A stretch of 64,000 bases of DNA from Styela clava (GCF_964204865.1 NC_135251.1:15190001-15254000), one strand, 5' to 3'. Counted from the stretch's first letter, positions 14,901 to 31,049 are shown. The notes: generated from the letters alone by a model not told the origin. Program-made: numbers and translations.

Positions 14901-15324
14901 ACGGATGATAATTTAGCAAAGCTCTAATGAAATATTTGTTGCCACAAATGTTATATATACTTAGTGAAACTAAAAACGTCTTGAACCTATATCAATTTAT
15001 ATACACTTATTTCCTACATTCAACCTGCTCGTAAAACTGAGCTGCAATTTTTTGGTGGATTAGAAATGAGGTGTTGCGCACGAAATAAAGGTATTTTTAA
15101 CCTATTTTGTATTCGGGGTTTATTGAGGTATTTATCGACATATGTGGTATCTCAATGCATTGCTCACTTCTTTCAAACTTTTCCTAACCCATCAAAAATG
15201 TTGAATATGTCGTAAAAGAATTTCAAATATTTAATCCTTCGAAAAAGGAGGACATTTTGACATTCTAGAGCGTCCTCGGAGGACATAAAATCTTTACCGA
15301 AAAAGAAGGGGTGTCTCCAAAATG

Positions 15325-15507
15325 TCGTGTCCCACTCGTCCCATTTGTCCCACGTGTACAACTTGTTCCACGTGTACCACTTGTTCCACTTGTACCACTT
15401 GTCCCACTTTTACCACGTGTCCCTCTTGTCCCACTGTATCACGTGTCCCACTTGTCCCACGTGTACCACTTGTACCACGTGTACCTCTTGTCCCACGTGT
15501 CCCACTC
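15325..15507. repeat. 9-bp minisatellite (gtcccacgt/gtaccactt), ~20 units
   Basis: Tandem 9-mers; explains the overlapping VPL/VPR, GTR and CPT ORFs. Confidence 0.9.
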
Positions 15508-18043
15508 ACGGGTACGGAATATCATATTTTTCAATTTCTAATTTTGAATAAGGTTGAAATTTTTGTGAATATAGAATTGTCGAACAAGATAAGTACGACT
15601 GGTAAATTTTGTATTCTATGGAAATTTTCCGAGATATTGGGGACAGGGAAAAATATTATTTTGACCACGTAGAAATGTCATTATTGCCGATTTATTCAAG
15701 TATTTAGTATCGGTGTTTTATTCTAAAGCTGAGTTACGTGAATTCTCAACACTGAGTATTAGAGAGATTACCAATTTACGGAGTCTTTAATTATTATTAT
15801 TTAATACGAAAGAAACACGAACACGATATAAAATTAAAAGCATAAAAAAGTCAAATATCGCATTCCGGGGTCAGTAATACTGTTCGGTTAAAATTGGGAC
15901 CTCAATTTACAAACTGTGATACAAATCCTACAAAAAAGATAGAAAGAAGCATAAAATTATTTTGTGTTGTGAATGCACTCCTTAACCACATGCTCGACTA
16001 TTTTCGACTCTATTTATATTTTGCTAAGAAGTTAACAAAAAAGAGGCAAAGTCATCCCATAAACTGGGTCCTATCTATATTGACAAATAAATATGAAACG
16101 TTCATACCGGTGCATTATTGTATTTTTCCCAGACCAAAATTCTTGTTTTGCTCGAAATGCATTAGAGGTGCATTCTATTCACAGATTTTGGAAAATATGA
16201 TGCTGACAGAAGATTATTAAACGTGTAGTGAAGTCTTTCAAAGATCAAGAAAAGGGAAATTTCCCTTTGTCGTTAGTATGATTGGAAAATTATTTATCAG
16301 TCGGAACTCTTGTGTCCTAGAAACGGAACTCAAATAGGCTAATGATATTTGACGATTCTGAGTACGTTAACAAAACTACAATCAAAGTGCGAGCTTGGTA
16401 AAATATGTTGGTGATCGACATATTGATCGTATTGTCTCTTTATCTTCATCTAATTCTCGACCTGAGAAATGATGTATCGTTTTAATGCTTGATGGGGAAA
16501 TGAATAAACGATTGGTGTGAAACTAAAAGTAAATAAGAAATAAATTTACTCTCACATTCTGGCGAATTTTGAACATATACGAGTTATATTCTATTATGTG
16601 ATATCGTCCCTAATTTATAATTTCCTGATAATGCATCTTTCGGGTACGTACAAATCTCATGATGAACCCAACCAAACACAATCTGTTTAAAATCCATTAA
16701 AATTTCGGCAGGAGACGCATACTTCTATAGAAATAGGAGACATACTCCCACAGAAAGCCACGATCCGCATTCCGCTGCTGACAATATTCAATAAATGATG
16801 TTGTCACGTCACATTTATTAATCGTATCAATTAGTGTAAAGGTGCGTTTTAAAGATACTCCTACACCCCTTTCTTGAAAAATATTAAGGTGATGGTTCGA
16901 TTAAATGATGTGAAGTACCAAAAGACAAGGTATTGTTTTATTTTGCTGATATAAATACTTTAAACAAAACCAGTCCAGAATAAAATATCTATATCTAGAA
17001 AATAAATTTTTTGAACTTGAAGGTTATCTGATTCTGAACGATGCCCTAGAATTGATAATTTTTAATTACAATGACATTTTCATCATTTTTGTTGAAATCT
17101 ATCTGAATATACTAAAATTTCGAATCTAACTTCAATAGAACGAATTTTTTATTTTGTAGTCAAAGGTCAAATAAGTATTCGAAATCACACCTCGAATATT
17201 AGGGTGATGGTTCGATTAAATGATGTGGAGTACCAAAAGACTACGCATAGTTTTACCTTGCTCCTATAAATACTTTTAATTGCTTATACAATACAGTATC
17301 GCTGGACAACTTAATAGTCACGGCGAAAATCGCGTTTTCAAGACCATCGCCATCATGAAGCAATATTTTCGAGTTTTTACCCCAAAATTGATAAAAAGCA
17401 CGTGCAATGCACTCATTATATTCAAATATTTTTGAATACAACAACAAAAAAACGACATCGAACACGCAAAATTAAAATAATCGATGAAACCTTGGTAACT
17501 TCGACATGCGATAATCAGTTTCTTGCTCAAATTTATTTGGGAAATTCAAAATTCTCATTTTTGAATGAATACATTATCACAAAAGTGGGTTTGTTTTTTG
17601 ACCACCACGGGGTCAGTTGGACAGAGTTACCCAAAGTCAGTCATGAATAGTAATATCTATTTTAGTGGAGAACAAATTTGTCGATACTATTCCTTTGATT
17701 CCGCATAATCCTGTAGACAACCACAAGATAATATGAATCAATGAAACAGAGCCAAATTTATTTCCTCAAAATACGACATATCATACCATTAAGCCTACAG
17801 ATTTCGAAGAGAGCACAATGTTCACGCACGATTCGAATCTATGTTCCAGTGTAGCGATATTACATGCTTACAACTACGAAAATAGTAGATAAAATTTTTT
17901 GTAAACCAACTGGCGGTGCCATACCTTTCAACTTCTGCCGAAATATAAAATTATTTTAAACTTTGTAGTTGATAGGATATTGATCTCAATATGCAATACA
18001 TTAACTTTGGAGACGCCAGGAGGAATGTTTTTCCGAATCGCTA

Positions 18044-18188
18044 CCATATAAGGTGCGTACGAGTCGTATGCAATCTTGATTTTCACGCATACAAGTTATT
18101 CGCAGCTCAATATCGATCAATGAGGTGCTAACATAAGTTCGATCGATTCATAGGAGCAAAAAGGAACAACTGTGTGGAGTTATAAATA
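18044..18188 (+). promoter_or_regulatory. Muscle actin proximal promoter: CArG box, T-box-like sites, E-box, TATA
   Basis: CCATATAAGG 18044-18053, AGGTGCTA 18123-18130, CAACTG 18167-18172, TATAAATA 18181-18188, ~100 bp upstream of the ATG. Confidence 0.7.
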
Positions 18189-18272
18189 CCGATGGGTCGA
18201 ACGGTATTCATTCATTACTTCATTGGTTAAAACAACTAAGGTTTACGGATTTCTATCTAGTTCTCGATATAA

Positions 18273-19725
<1,453 letters not shown>

Positions 19726-21646
19726 AATAGGAAATTGTTTTCGATATTCATGACTGCGATAATTTAACTTTTTCGGTTAAACCTATGTCTGTTTTACTCT
19801 TGATTTTTGAAGACTTTTATTGAAATATTATCAGTCTAATTTCCGTTTTGCTTTTCGAACACTCGTTTCATCACTCGGTCTATAATTCTCACTCTCACTT
19901 TCTTTCTACTCTTTTTTTTTCTTCTCTTCGCCAACAATTTTCATACCATCTACTTCTTTCTCCTTTAGGCCTTATTTTTATCCAAATAGTATATTTTCTA
20001 GTAAGATTATCAAAAACTTAACAATACTATAACTACGGAAGTTACAATATTTATAACGATTATGCATTAATAGTATTTATTCCATACTAATTATCCAATT
20101 AACAGGTCTATATTTCAACGAAACACTTTAATTAAATTGGACTAATTGCAATAGTCGATAATAAAGTATACATTCTAATAAATATTTTGGTAGCATAAAA
20201 ATAGCAAATTAAAAATTATTATTTGAATGGGAAATTGCCTCTGTTTGTTGTATCAAATAAAAAATTGTAGAAAAAGTTTTGTTCGTGCAGAAAGATGCCC
20301 AATGCACAAAAATGGCAAGTTTTGTGCCCGATGCTTTGCTGTGGAAATTTTGTTTGCAAATTAAGATGACTGGAAACATGGCTCAATTCTTTTTGCAAGT
20401 TAGTTCTTAGTATATGACCCAGAATCACCTTCTGGGTAAGTTGTTCTCTAAAAAACAATATGTGGGTGAGGTACAATAAATGGCGAAACGACGAAATGAA
20501 AATATATTGCTATCAAAAATTTGATTCATAGGTTTAAAATACAGAAAACATAATGGCCAGAAAATAACCGTATTTAAGTTTTTGAAGGATGTTCTCACAT
20601 ATTTGCTGCTCAGAAAAAGTCTCTGCATAAGCCTTCATTTAGACCCGGGAACTGGGCCCATGCAACAACAGAGAGTTATCATAAGCTTTTTCGCAAGCTT
20701 CCATTAAAATCAAGTTTTCCACTTTTGAGGTGGCTTCTTTATCTTTCAAAAAGATTCAAAATTTTGCATTTTGCTTGCAGTTTTAGTTTTGCAGGCTACA
20801 TAAATGCTGCTAAAACGCAATTTTTATGTCATTTTCAAGAAGAGACCAATTGTTCGCAATAGTAATAACCATTTAAATATAAAAAGGCCAACGACTTTTA
20901 GGCCAATCATAAAAAAAAACATTGGCATTGGATTAAACTATGCGCTTACTATACGTTAGAAAAATCACTGCTGAACAGTAGTATCATTGATAGAAATTTT
21001 CCTTACTAAGACCAGTATAAAATATAAATGCAAAAAACAACTTATCTATACAATCATCCTTTCTGCAATGAGTTGTTTGATTTACGATCAATACGATCCA
21101 AAATTTCCATTAAAATCAAAGAATCGTTGGCAATTTGCAACGCCAGGAATATACATTTCTCCATTTGCCATGAGAAAAAATTATCGTTAAATATTTTAAT
21201 AATTTATGAAAAATTTCAATTAATTGCATATCGATCTGAAAAGTATTTGTCGAAATATATAAAGGTTTGTAAAAATATATTTGAAATCTTTATGTCTAAA
21301 TGTGAGCACAAAATTTTAAAGATTAAAAATCAATATAATCAATAAAAACCAATGACATCCATGGTAAGGGTATTGATTTTTAAGCAAGTTTTATCAATTC
21401 GCATTGAATATTTACAAATTAGCTTGAGGTTGTTAAAAATACCTTCATTACAAACTTATTGCGAATAAGAAAGACATTGAGGATTCAAAACCGTTACATT
21501 ACTGGAAAGCATGGAGCCGCTGGGGAGTGATAAGCCACAAGATAATATTTTGGAAAGTAAACAATGAAAATTGATACATAACTATTAATTAATATAGTTT
21601 AGTAAAATCAGTAATTTGACTACAATTTCAGTATACTCGGTATAAC

Positions 21647-21875
21647 AGTGGTTCTCAAACGGCGGGGCGCGCCCCATAAGGGGGCGTAGACAATTTTTTG
21701 AGGGGGCGTGAAGCTAATTTAAAGCAAATATATTTGTTAGATTTTGAATAAAGCATACTTCCATCTTACTATCTGTTATTTGCAGTTTATCGTTAGCTAG
21801 TTATTTTTGAGGTGGGGCGCGAGACTTGACAAATTCTAAAAAGGGGGCGCGGCTTATAAAGTTAAAGAACCACTG
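21647..21875. mobile_element. Non-autonomous hAT-type MITE
   Basis: TIR cagtggttct / agaaccactg with GGGGCGCG subterminal repeats; TSD not conserved. Confidence 0.7.
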
Positions 21876-22800
21876 CTCTAGATTGTGATATTATATTTTT
21901 TACAACGTCAAATGCAAATCCACAGACAAAATCAAAATGATTCATATTTTATAAAATGACATACACGGTTTCGTTATGAGTTCTCCAACACAGTATCGAG
22001 ATCAGTTTCCCCCAGAATAGAATAAATTCCTAATAGTCTATTTTCTAATGATCTTCTCTATTATTCCTTGAACAAGAGAGCAATGGTCAAATATATGTAC
22101 ACGATGGTCGCGCTTGGTACTGGTGAGGAAAAGCGTTAGAGCGCCGAGTTTGTTAAAAGGATCGTCGAGAAAGCTTGACAGAATAAAAAGCTCTAAATAA
22201 AATAATAAGAACAGCAAAGTTTTGTATGAAATATCAAGTACCTTGAGATATTCAGAAAAATCAAAGTAATAGTCTTTTAGCGGCATTAACCCTTCAGGTA
22301 CTGAAATTTAAATTCGAGAATTCTATTAATTGCGCAGTGAAAAAAACGTTTTTTTCTTGCAGCAACAATCACGCCAACAAGAAAAACCACAACAACAATT
22401 TAGCAAAATGATTTATATGTACACGTCCGTACCCAACAAGCGTCGTTATTAACGATATCAATAACACTCATTACACCGTTTAACAAAATGCGTCATTTTG
22501 CAGAGAAACATAGATACAATTGATAACTATACTTGCAGTGACGCAACTAGAAATTTTCTAACTTGCATTTGTTAGCTAGATTTAGTTTTCTGTGATTTAC
22601 GCAAATCTTTTGATCTTTTGAGGTAATAAATTTTAGTTCAGTTCTATTGAGTGAGGTTTAGAAGTGTCACAAGATTGTACAGTGACGTTGTTGGCAATAT
22701 TCTCATCTGCTAAATTGTATATATACACTTATACAGTATATAAAAGTGTGTGGTATAATAGTAGTATATGTGAAATTATTGTGTACCGAGTTGAGAAAAT

Positions 22801-25049
22801 TTAATCGGTTGACCGATTCATGGAACAACAGTCACTATTGTTTATTTGTGTTCCCGACTCTGATTGTTGAATTTGGATGTTTTTCAAAATTTGTATAAAC
22901 GACGACAAACCATATATGAATCCTTTATCGGGCCCTACAGTTTTTGCTTCGTCGTCGTCAAACGCTTCAGTTCGACAATGTGCGAAGTCTACCAGTCTGA
23001 CGTCAGTCCTTGGGGATTTATCGTTTACATGTATTACGTCGGCATCATGTCCTTCATAAACCACAACTATTGAAGAACCAAAAAAACGATATCCGTGTAG
23101 TCTCGAAAGTACAGAAATAATTATTTGAACCTTTTCAATAACACTGTTAATCATCTTTCTCCTCAAGGCATTGTTTTTCCCGGTAAAAAACAGTCTAACG
23201 CTGTCCTCAAGTCCTTTGGGAGTAAGACCACGACCATAAAATTTATCTCGACAAACGAATCCACCATCTTGATATACCTGAATAACAGATCAAACACGCC
23301 AACATATCAACATGAACCATGCAGGTTTACTTACACTTCAATAAACATGCTACGTTAATCAAGTAATTTTTTAACTATGGCTGTAGGAATTCTGCCGACC
23401 GTCGATTATCAACCAATTCTTCAGATATGATTTTAAAGTAAACGTAAACTCATTTACGTACCTGAAATCCAGATAGTCGTAAACCAATTGCAGCTGTGGT
23501 AGTAGTACGGTTTTTTCTTTCACGATGACTAAATTTTTCCTGAGTACATTCTGATTTTGCATACAGCTGTGTGCCAGTTTTCATATCCAGTATACAAGGT
23601 TTTTCAAATTTTTTAGTCAGATTTTCCAGTATAATATAGGCTTTTGACAATGAAACGGCAATGTTAAGCGAAAAATTTGTGTCGATCAAGTTAATAACGA
23701 GGCATACTTATTACTGTATCAATATCCTATAAGTGTGGTAAATTCACAAACACATGGCGTTTTCTATCAACATTACAACCAATACAAATCATACTGATTG
23801 CAGAAAATTCCACTTTCATCACGATCATCAACAGTCGTAGGTAAAAAAGGGATATCAACTTCCACTTCGGTATAAGTCCAAACTAATAATTTCAATTCAG
23901 TAGCAAAGGATACTAATTGTTTTTCCTTCGTGTTTTGTGTGACGTCCCATCCTCTGGACCCTTTCTGCCCAAGGATTTCGACCAACATCACATGGTGGGG
24001 CGGGAAGACCTTTACTGAAGTCGTTTGTGAAAAAATTTCGCTTGAAATTCGGATCTTCTTCTAGTTGGCTGGGTTCTAAATTCCTAAAAATCAAACTGAA
24101 TAACTTACCTGCATAATGCTCATTAGAAACAAAAAACGTAAAATGACCAGAGCATTTATGATGATCGCGGTCAAAATAAATATAGTATTTGTTTATCATT
24201 TGATAACGGTTTCATAATTGTAAAATTGAATAGATATATTTGAAAAGATTGAGTACCTGTATTTATAATCATTCTGAAACGCTCTTTTCGAATTATCCGA
24301 GGACGCAGTAATAAATCCATTTTTTCGACCATTCTCAAAATGACCATTAAAATCATATTTTCCGACTTCATCAACAGATACAGTGACATCAACAACGCCT
24401 ATATTAAACCAAAAAAGAGTAGTTTCATTGCTCTTGCCTCAATAAAGTTTATTCTTATTTTGAATATACGAAAGGAAACTTAAAGCAAACTGACAGTTCT
24501 AAAATGATGCTGGCGAAATAACCTTTTTACGTATACGTATAAGAGGATTAAAATTTAAAATAGATATCACATTATATAGAAATTCATTCAAAGAATTATA
24601 ATGTCAATAATGCAATATTAACACTGTGTTATATATAATATATATGTTTAAATGAAAATCAGGCAATATCAAATTTAATAAAAAAAAATGGTTTTGTTGA
24701 GAAATATATAATTATGTTGAATTTCTAGTAAGTCCCATTAAAATCTTTAAAAACGTCATTCGAAAATTACTAATCCAAAGATATATCAATGCAATAGCGT
24801 TTAAAATATTCAAAAAATTTATAGCCAAATCAAACGCCACATATGTGCAGTATGTACAGACCACGTATCATATAATATTTATTCCAACACACCTTGAAAT
24901 AAGGGTAAGTGTGGCCTGAGAGACTCATCGACGTCTCGATAGAATTCTAGTTCCCGTCCATGTTTCACTTTACAAATAGAAGCATAATCCGCTGTTGTCA
25001 GCAAGCAATCATGCCCTGTTACTTGATTCGTGTACTGAATTAACTTCAT
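22801..25049 (-). CDS. IP6K: Inositol hexakisphosphate kinase-like (IPK family), ~374 aa; exons 24893-25049, 24257-24398, 23914-24083, 23462-23640, 22801-23277
   Basis: Motifs QVTGH, RELEFY, NPW, YIILENLT..PCILDMKTGT (PxxxDxKxG), KFYGR, SSIVVVY, LVDFAH, GPDKGFIYGL; all exon phases are consistent. Confidence 0.9.
23641..23913 (-). other. U12-type (minor spliceosome) GT-AG intron in IP6K
   Basis: Donor GTATCCTTT (23913-23905), branch-like TTCGCTTAAC (23672-23663), no strong polypyrimidine tract; the splice keeps the frame (A|CC). Confidence 0.8.
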
Positions 25050-26038
25050 TATTATATATAGGTGTCAACGTCTTTATGCAAAAACTTAACTACGATAAAC
25101 TTGAAAGCTTTTACTGTTAAACTGAAATCTTTCATATAGGATAATTCGTTAAATTCAAGTTCACGTACGAATATGTCACTGCAAATTTTTTGGAAAACTA
25201 CAGCTCAAAAAAAAGATACATTCATTAAAAAATTGAAACTTTGAAATTTTAATCTTAAATTATTACCAGTTTGAAAATTTTTACATCAACTTTCTAAACA
25301 TTTTTAACGGAAATCCAACTGTTACCTATATTTGATAGAACTGATAATCACCCTCAGCGGAATCTGAAAATGAAAAATACCGGGGTGTTTTACATCATGA
25401 AACTAAATCTAAAGTTTGTTTTGTAGGTTATGCAAGATATGCATCGGGTGATTAAAAAATCACTGTGCTGATATAATATATTTGTATATTTAATCGTGGA
25501 ATGCATTAAAGTGTCCTTTAATCTGTGAAAATGTATCTTTCTAAATTAATTTACAAATGTTCGGAGAATTCCACGTACCGGTACTTATATAGATGAAGCA
25601 ATATTCAGATTCGGCATAAGCGGTACGCTTTAATCAGTACTATGACAACCAATTTTCCAAGTCCTGCATGAAAAAGCCTCAGTGAGTGCAAACATAATTT
25701 TTGTTTTGATGCTATGCTATGCTTTCACTCTCGAACTCTTCGCCATACTACATTACAGCGATGTACCACAACTTCTTGGTATTGCATTTAATGTAGCTAA
25801 GCTTGATTAACCAAGTAAGCCAGACGACCAACTTCATTCTGTCCCTCGGCAATTGAGTCTATAATACTGATGCAATTTAAGGCACACGGCACAATACATG
25901 AAGTACCAAGACATATAAGCTTTTAGGATTATTTGTAGATCTCGAAACATTAGCTCAACCCAAAACCTCTCTTTTAGTTAAAATGCATTTGGCGCTAACG
26001 TTCTGTTCAATTATATGCAAGACTGCTTGGCTCGTTTC

Positions 26039-26293
26039 CAGTGGCGTGTCAAACTTTACTGCTGCCCAGGACTTTCTGATAATGCTGCCCTTTATACCTA
26101 TCTTAAAAAATGATTTGGGGAATAAACAAATTATAGATGTTGTTATACATAAGAATAAATAAATTAAAATTCAAGTAAGAGTAAAATGTTTGAAATATTA
26201 TTATTTAAATCATCAAACTAAGCAACAAACTTACCCCTATAACGTGCTGCCCGGGGCGGCTGCCCCCTTTGCCCTCCTCTAGTCATGCCACTG
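26039..26293. mobile_element. hAT-type MITE
   Basis: TIR cagtggcgtg / catgccactg; 8-bp TSD ctcgtttc / ctcgttgc. Confidence 0.8.
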
Positions 26294-27896
26294 CTCGTTG
26301 CCCACAGATTTTAGCCAAATACAAGACAACAAAAACAGTAAGACGGTCTAAAGTCAACAACGCATCTAAATTTCAACCTTCGCTCAACTGAGTTATCACC
26401 GTGTATATTTCTCGTGTTGAACAGAAGAGATGTTTGTTCACGTGCAGCTTGTGCACACAAATCCTATGCGCACGACGGAAATTTTGCTAGATTTCATTTG
26501 TTGACCTCGCGATAAACATACTTGGACATTCCAGACGCGATGGGATGTTGTAAGAGTCTTCATATAAGTTGAAATACAACATATTGACATCAAAATTACA
26601 ACTGCAACTTTTAGTTATCAAGACTAATTTCACTATTACTTATGATTACCTCACGAGTAAAAATCTTGACCCAAACATATAAGTTCGATGTCCAAATAAG
26701 CTTGCTATCAGACGGTTGTTTTCTCTATTACTTGGTATATGGTATAATATTTTTGAAACTATTTTCGAAACAGATACCATTGTATTCAAAATATTTTGCA
26801 CGGGAATAAGCTATACAAACTTATTTTACAACCCAAGTATGTTATTACAGTCAGCGGAACTGCAACAACTAAAACTTTGTGTCCGAACTGATCAATACTA
26901 GTGTAATTATAGGCTCAGTACAAGATAATAGTTAATTTGCGTCTCGAATCAAAACCTGTCTGCAGTCACGACAATAATTTCTAAACAAGGCCAGGCACGA
27001 GCATAATATTTTCATCGATGAGGCAACGTCACGCTCATCATCCGGCGCAGCTATTACTCATACAAATTTCCTATTGATAAGTCCGACCAGCTTGTCTACC
27101 AAGAGAATGGAATGAATGGATTGTATCTATACAGACAGAACTTTTTTGAAGGTTACCACATATATAACATAGTTTGCAATACTAAGATAACATTTTGAAA
27201 GTATACACTCTACTATTTTGACGATGAGAGACGAAGATACATAGCGCCTACTCACCAGAAATCACCCGTAATATTTAGTGGTAGGCTACTCATTTGAACT
27301 CGAGACATGTAGTGATTATATTTTAGAGCACTCAAAACTACAAGTTGGATCCGCTCGTATATATAGTATGGATTCGTAAAGCGGAATGAAACCATTCCAT
27401 CTTATATTTTTTTTCGGCAGGTAGCTCGAATTCGATGGAGACTTTTAGCTCTGTTACTACATGTGCCGAGATATATAAACAATAGATAAATATTAAAGAC
27501 ATGGAACCTCTAAAAATATATTACCTTAAAATCATATCACTTTAGGTTTAGAGTGACGAGATATAGCATTAACGATAAACATAATTCCGCAGAAACAATA
27601 CAGTTTTGTCCAAAAATGGAAGCAATCTCATAATATAAATACCATAGCGCGAAGCGCTTTAGGGCGAATAATGGAAAGAGATTAAGAGGTTAACATCGAA
27701 TAGGAATGTAGCATGAGTTTCTTATACAGCTGAGATGCGCTAAAACAATACTATTATCAATTCAATTAATGAATATTCAGTGTTATTGCATTATTTACAT
27801 GTTTCTTTATCTGCCAGAAGTTTCAAACATGCAGTTTAGTTTTGGGTATATATTTGGTATGATATTTACACGAGACAACAAAAATTGGAAATTAAT

Positions 27897-30800
27897 TTAT
27901 TGTTTTTTCTCTGGAATGTATTCATAGGAAAAATCTTTGTTTTGATCGGGAACGTGGAACCATTTTCCATCCATCGTATTGAAGTCGTCACATTCGAGCA
28001 CGGAAGAATCGGGCACCTGGCAAGGAGACATGTGCATTAAAAAGAAACCTCGGCGTTATCCGTGGTATATGATCAAAATCGATTGGTAGATATAAACTAA
28101 CTTCAATCTTTTTACGATTTGCAACAATTCACACATGAAGAAATAACTCCAAAGGTTAAGGTATCTTTGTAACATATATATACCTTTTTCAGAGGAGTGT
28201 ATCGTGCGTGAAAATGATCTTTATATGAGACGTTATCTGCCCTGAAAACAAATAAGTACATGCTAAATAAAATTATTATTCCAATTGAATTTTTTAATTT
28301 CAAGTAATTAATTTTTTCAATATATATACAATTAAAAATGTTTTGTAACATATCGGTAAAGCAAAAATGACCACGTTGCAGTAAGATAATAGCAATCACA
28401 TTGACGAACCTGTTATAGCAAGAAATATAAGCCCATCTTCTGCGATCGCTCAAATTTTTATCGCTGGTATGCAAAAGGTTGCAGTGGAAGAATAATCCAT
28501 CGCCAGCTTTCAACTCTACGTATATTTTATCCATAATTTTCAACGCCTGGAATATTCATTTTTTGCATTTTAGATTCAAGCAATCAATAAATTTGATGCC
28601 CAACATTTTCTTGTGCTAAGTAAAATTGATCAGCTTCATTGGCTGTTTAATACTTGTTCAATAAAGTTTAGGTTCATGCTATTAGCAAAGACTTTTTTAG
28701 CTCAATTTAAATTGTATGTACCATTCCAATCCAGCTCCAGAAAATCTGAGTAATATATATCGCTTAGAAGTATCAATCCACCCCTTTCGGAGTATGAATA
28801 ACTTACCTCAGTCACTCTTTTCGGGTCCGCTCCGGCCTGGTCTCCGATTCTGGTATGATCAATTCTTCCCATTTTATGTGAACCTTTGACGACCTATATA
28901 TGTCTCAAATAAAACGACGGCCCCGAATAACATTAATTGCGACTTCAGATAAAAGCGTTCTATTACTATGGAGCTGTTGTATTTCACTCTATTTAAATAT
29001 ATCTTGACGAAAGAAAAATTTTTTATTAAGCCAAGTTGAGGATCAGTATCTTATTAGTATCAAAGTTGGTGAAAATAGTTCCGTTTTGTTACAATTATTC
29101 GACCATGAATTAATATATTTGGTCTGTATTTCAAATCCGACCTGCAAAGCGCCATTTCCTTTGTCGGCATCGTCAACTGCTACTTGAACTGAGATCATAT
29201 CTGGTCGTAAAATTCCATTAAGATACCAATATCTGCAATATTTGAGCTTACAATAATTATTGAACATAATAACCGTATTGGGTTTGTTTTGTAAATTTTT
29301 ATATACACTTGACAAATGGCCAAAATTTGGCCGCAGAAGGATCGCAACGCAAAGTTTCGTGTAGGCAGAAAACAAGTTGATAATGTACCATAGATATTTG
29401 AATTATCATTATAAAAATCGTCCCGATTTACAATCAACTATTTTTTTTTAGGATAAAGTAAATATAAAAATCGTCACACCCGTAATCTTGATGCCACTGA
29501 AAAGCTCCTCCTGTTCGAGCATCTTTCAAAATCATTTTAGTATGGTAGTGGAAAACCTCTCCTCCGATTAGCTGTAAAATTAAGACCACCCCAGATATTT
29601 AGAAGTTGCCCGGTATTCTATTTTCATTGTGCCTATGGAACGATTTAGTCAATACGAATAATTTTGTATAAAAAATATGCATTTGTTGAAAGCAACTCGA
29701 TTTTCACCCAAAACTGCAATTATAGTGTATGTATAAAAAGTCTTTTAGCAATGAATGGTTAATGCTCAAAACTCTCGAAAATAAATTGAGATTGTTTAAA
29801 CATATTAGAAAATTTGACAACACAGGGTCTGTTTGGTCAAATTTAATTTTCCATTTAAATGTACGAATAATTTAGATTTAACCTTCTCGCATGTTCCAAC
29901 CACTCTTTCACATCTTCCCATAACACCACTATAATCATCTCCAGGATGATTCCATAAAATTATTCTTATTCTCCCACCATCGCCATCTGAATCACTATAA
30001 GACCTTTTCATCAGTTCTGACTCAGGTGATTCCAAACTTTTTCGCAATTTCGTGATTTCTTCGTCCGAAAATAAGTTCCTGAACAAGATAAGGAAACGTT
30101 ATATTTAAGATAACGGATCGAATGAATCAAATTCTACTATTTCAAGTTTTTGAATATTTGAATCAGCTCGAGGAGATATTCCCTCGTAAGATATATACAT
30201 GTTTTTGGGATGTTAGAATAATTCAAGTTCGCCATGAACTTTTCATTCCGTTCACAATATTTCAAATGGAGTTGGTTATGATTTGAACCTGATATTGTTA
30301 AGGTGGTAGGGCTGTGCAGATGGATTTTACAAATAAATCACTATAGGCTCGCTTACTGGTGTAATAACGTCGTTTGTGAAGATTGCTAACCAAAATGCTA
30401 CCAGCTCTTATATGAATTTGATTAATCTAAATATGACAGATTATTCAACCTGACGATAATGAATCCGTTTTTAGAGAATTCATGCTTCATGGATTCAGTA
30501 ACTTCAAATTTTTGCCCAGGTTTCCTTTCATATATTGGTAGCTTTGTTCCATCGTCTAAAATTTCGTAATCAAAATATACGCTTCATTAGCAGTTATGGT
30601 CCGCGTCTTTAGCAACTTTGTTGTCGTACTATAATGGGAATTTTTGATTTACGTTTCATCACGTCCACCTCCGCATTGATATAACGAGAATATCGGTCAG
30701 AGACCGAAGACTTATCGATCGAAAGTTAGGGGATCCCCCAAAACAGCGCTCTTACTCCATAGTGACACCTTGTGTCCCATCACTAATTAATTAATAACTC

Positions 30801-31049
30801 GCTAATTATACTACATAATTCATCCAAAATCAATAGGCTTCTGGTACGAGATATGATGAATGCACATGCAAAATCTGCAGCGGATCCAATCTCGCTTTCG
30901 TGAGATATCGCGTGCATCTAACAGACATATAGACAGACAGACAGACAGACAAATACCTATCAACATACTTACCGATCTTAAGATTGATAAGTAATAACAT
31001 CACGCACAATAAAACAGGTGATCTATGAAATTAAATACTCACGCTCCAT
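27897..31049 (-). CDS. PhyH-family 2OG-Fe(II) dioxygenase copy A (ectoine/proline hydroxylase-like), ~297 aa; exons 31043-31049, 30450-30555, 29883-30078, 29480-29571, 29142-29232, 28807-28893, 28410-28546, 28184-28241, 27897-28016
   Basis: [28 protein letters not shown] (HxD), [25 protein letters not shown] (distal His), NLSDRRR; 894 nt, in frame. Confidence 0.9.
30681..30998. mobile_element. DINE-1/HINE-like (Helentron-associated) element in intron 1 of dioxygenase A
   Basis: Subterminal inverted repeats acttatcgatc / gattgataagt and an internal (GACA)n tract. Confidence 0.55.

Noticed and set aside
15294-15672. Cys/His-rich or VPL-repeat ORFs
   Set aside because: Artefacts of a 9-bp minisatellite that is open in several frames.
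24084-24108. 25-nt GTAAGT..TAG micro-intron in IP6K
   Set aside because: Too short; the donor at 24256 gives the phase-correct junction.
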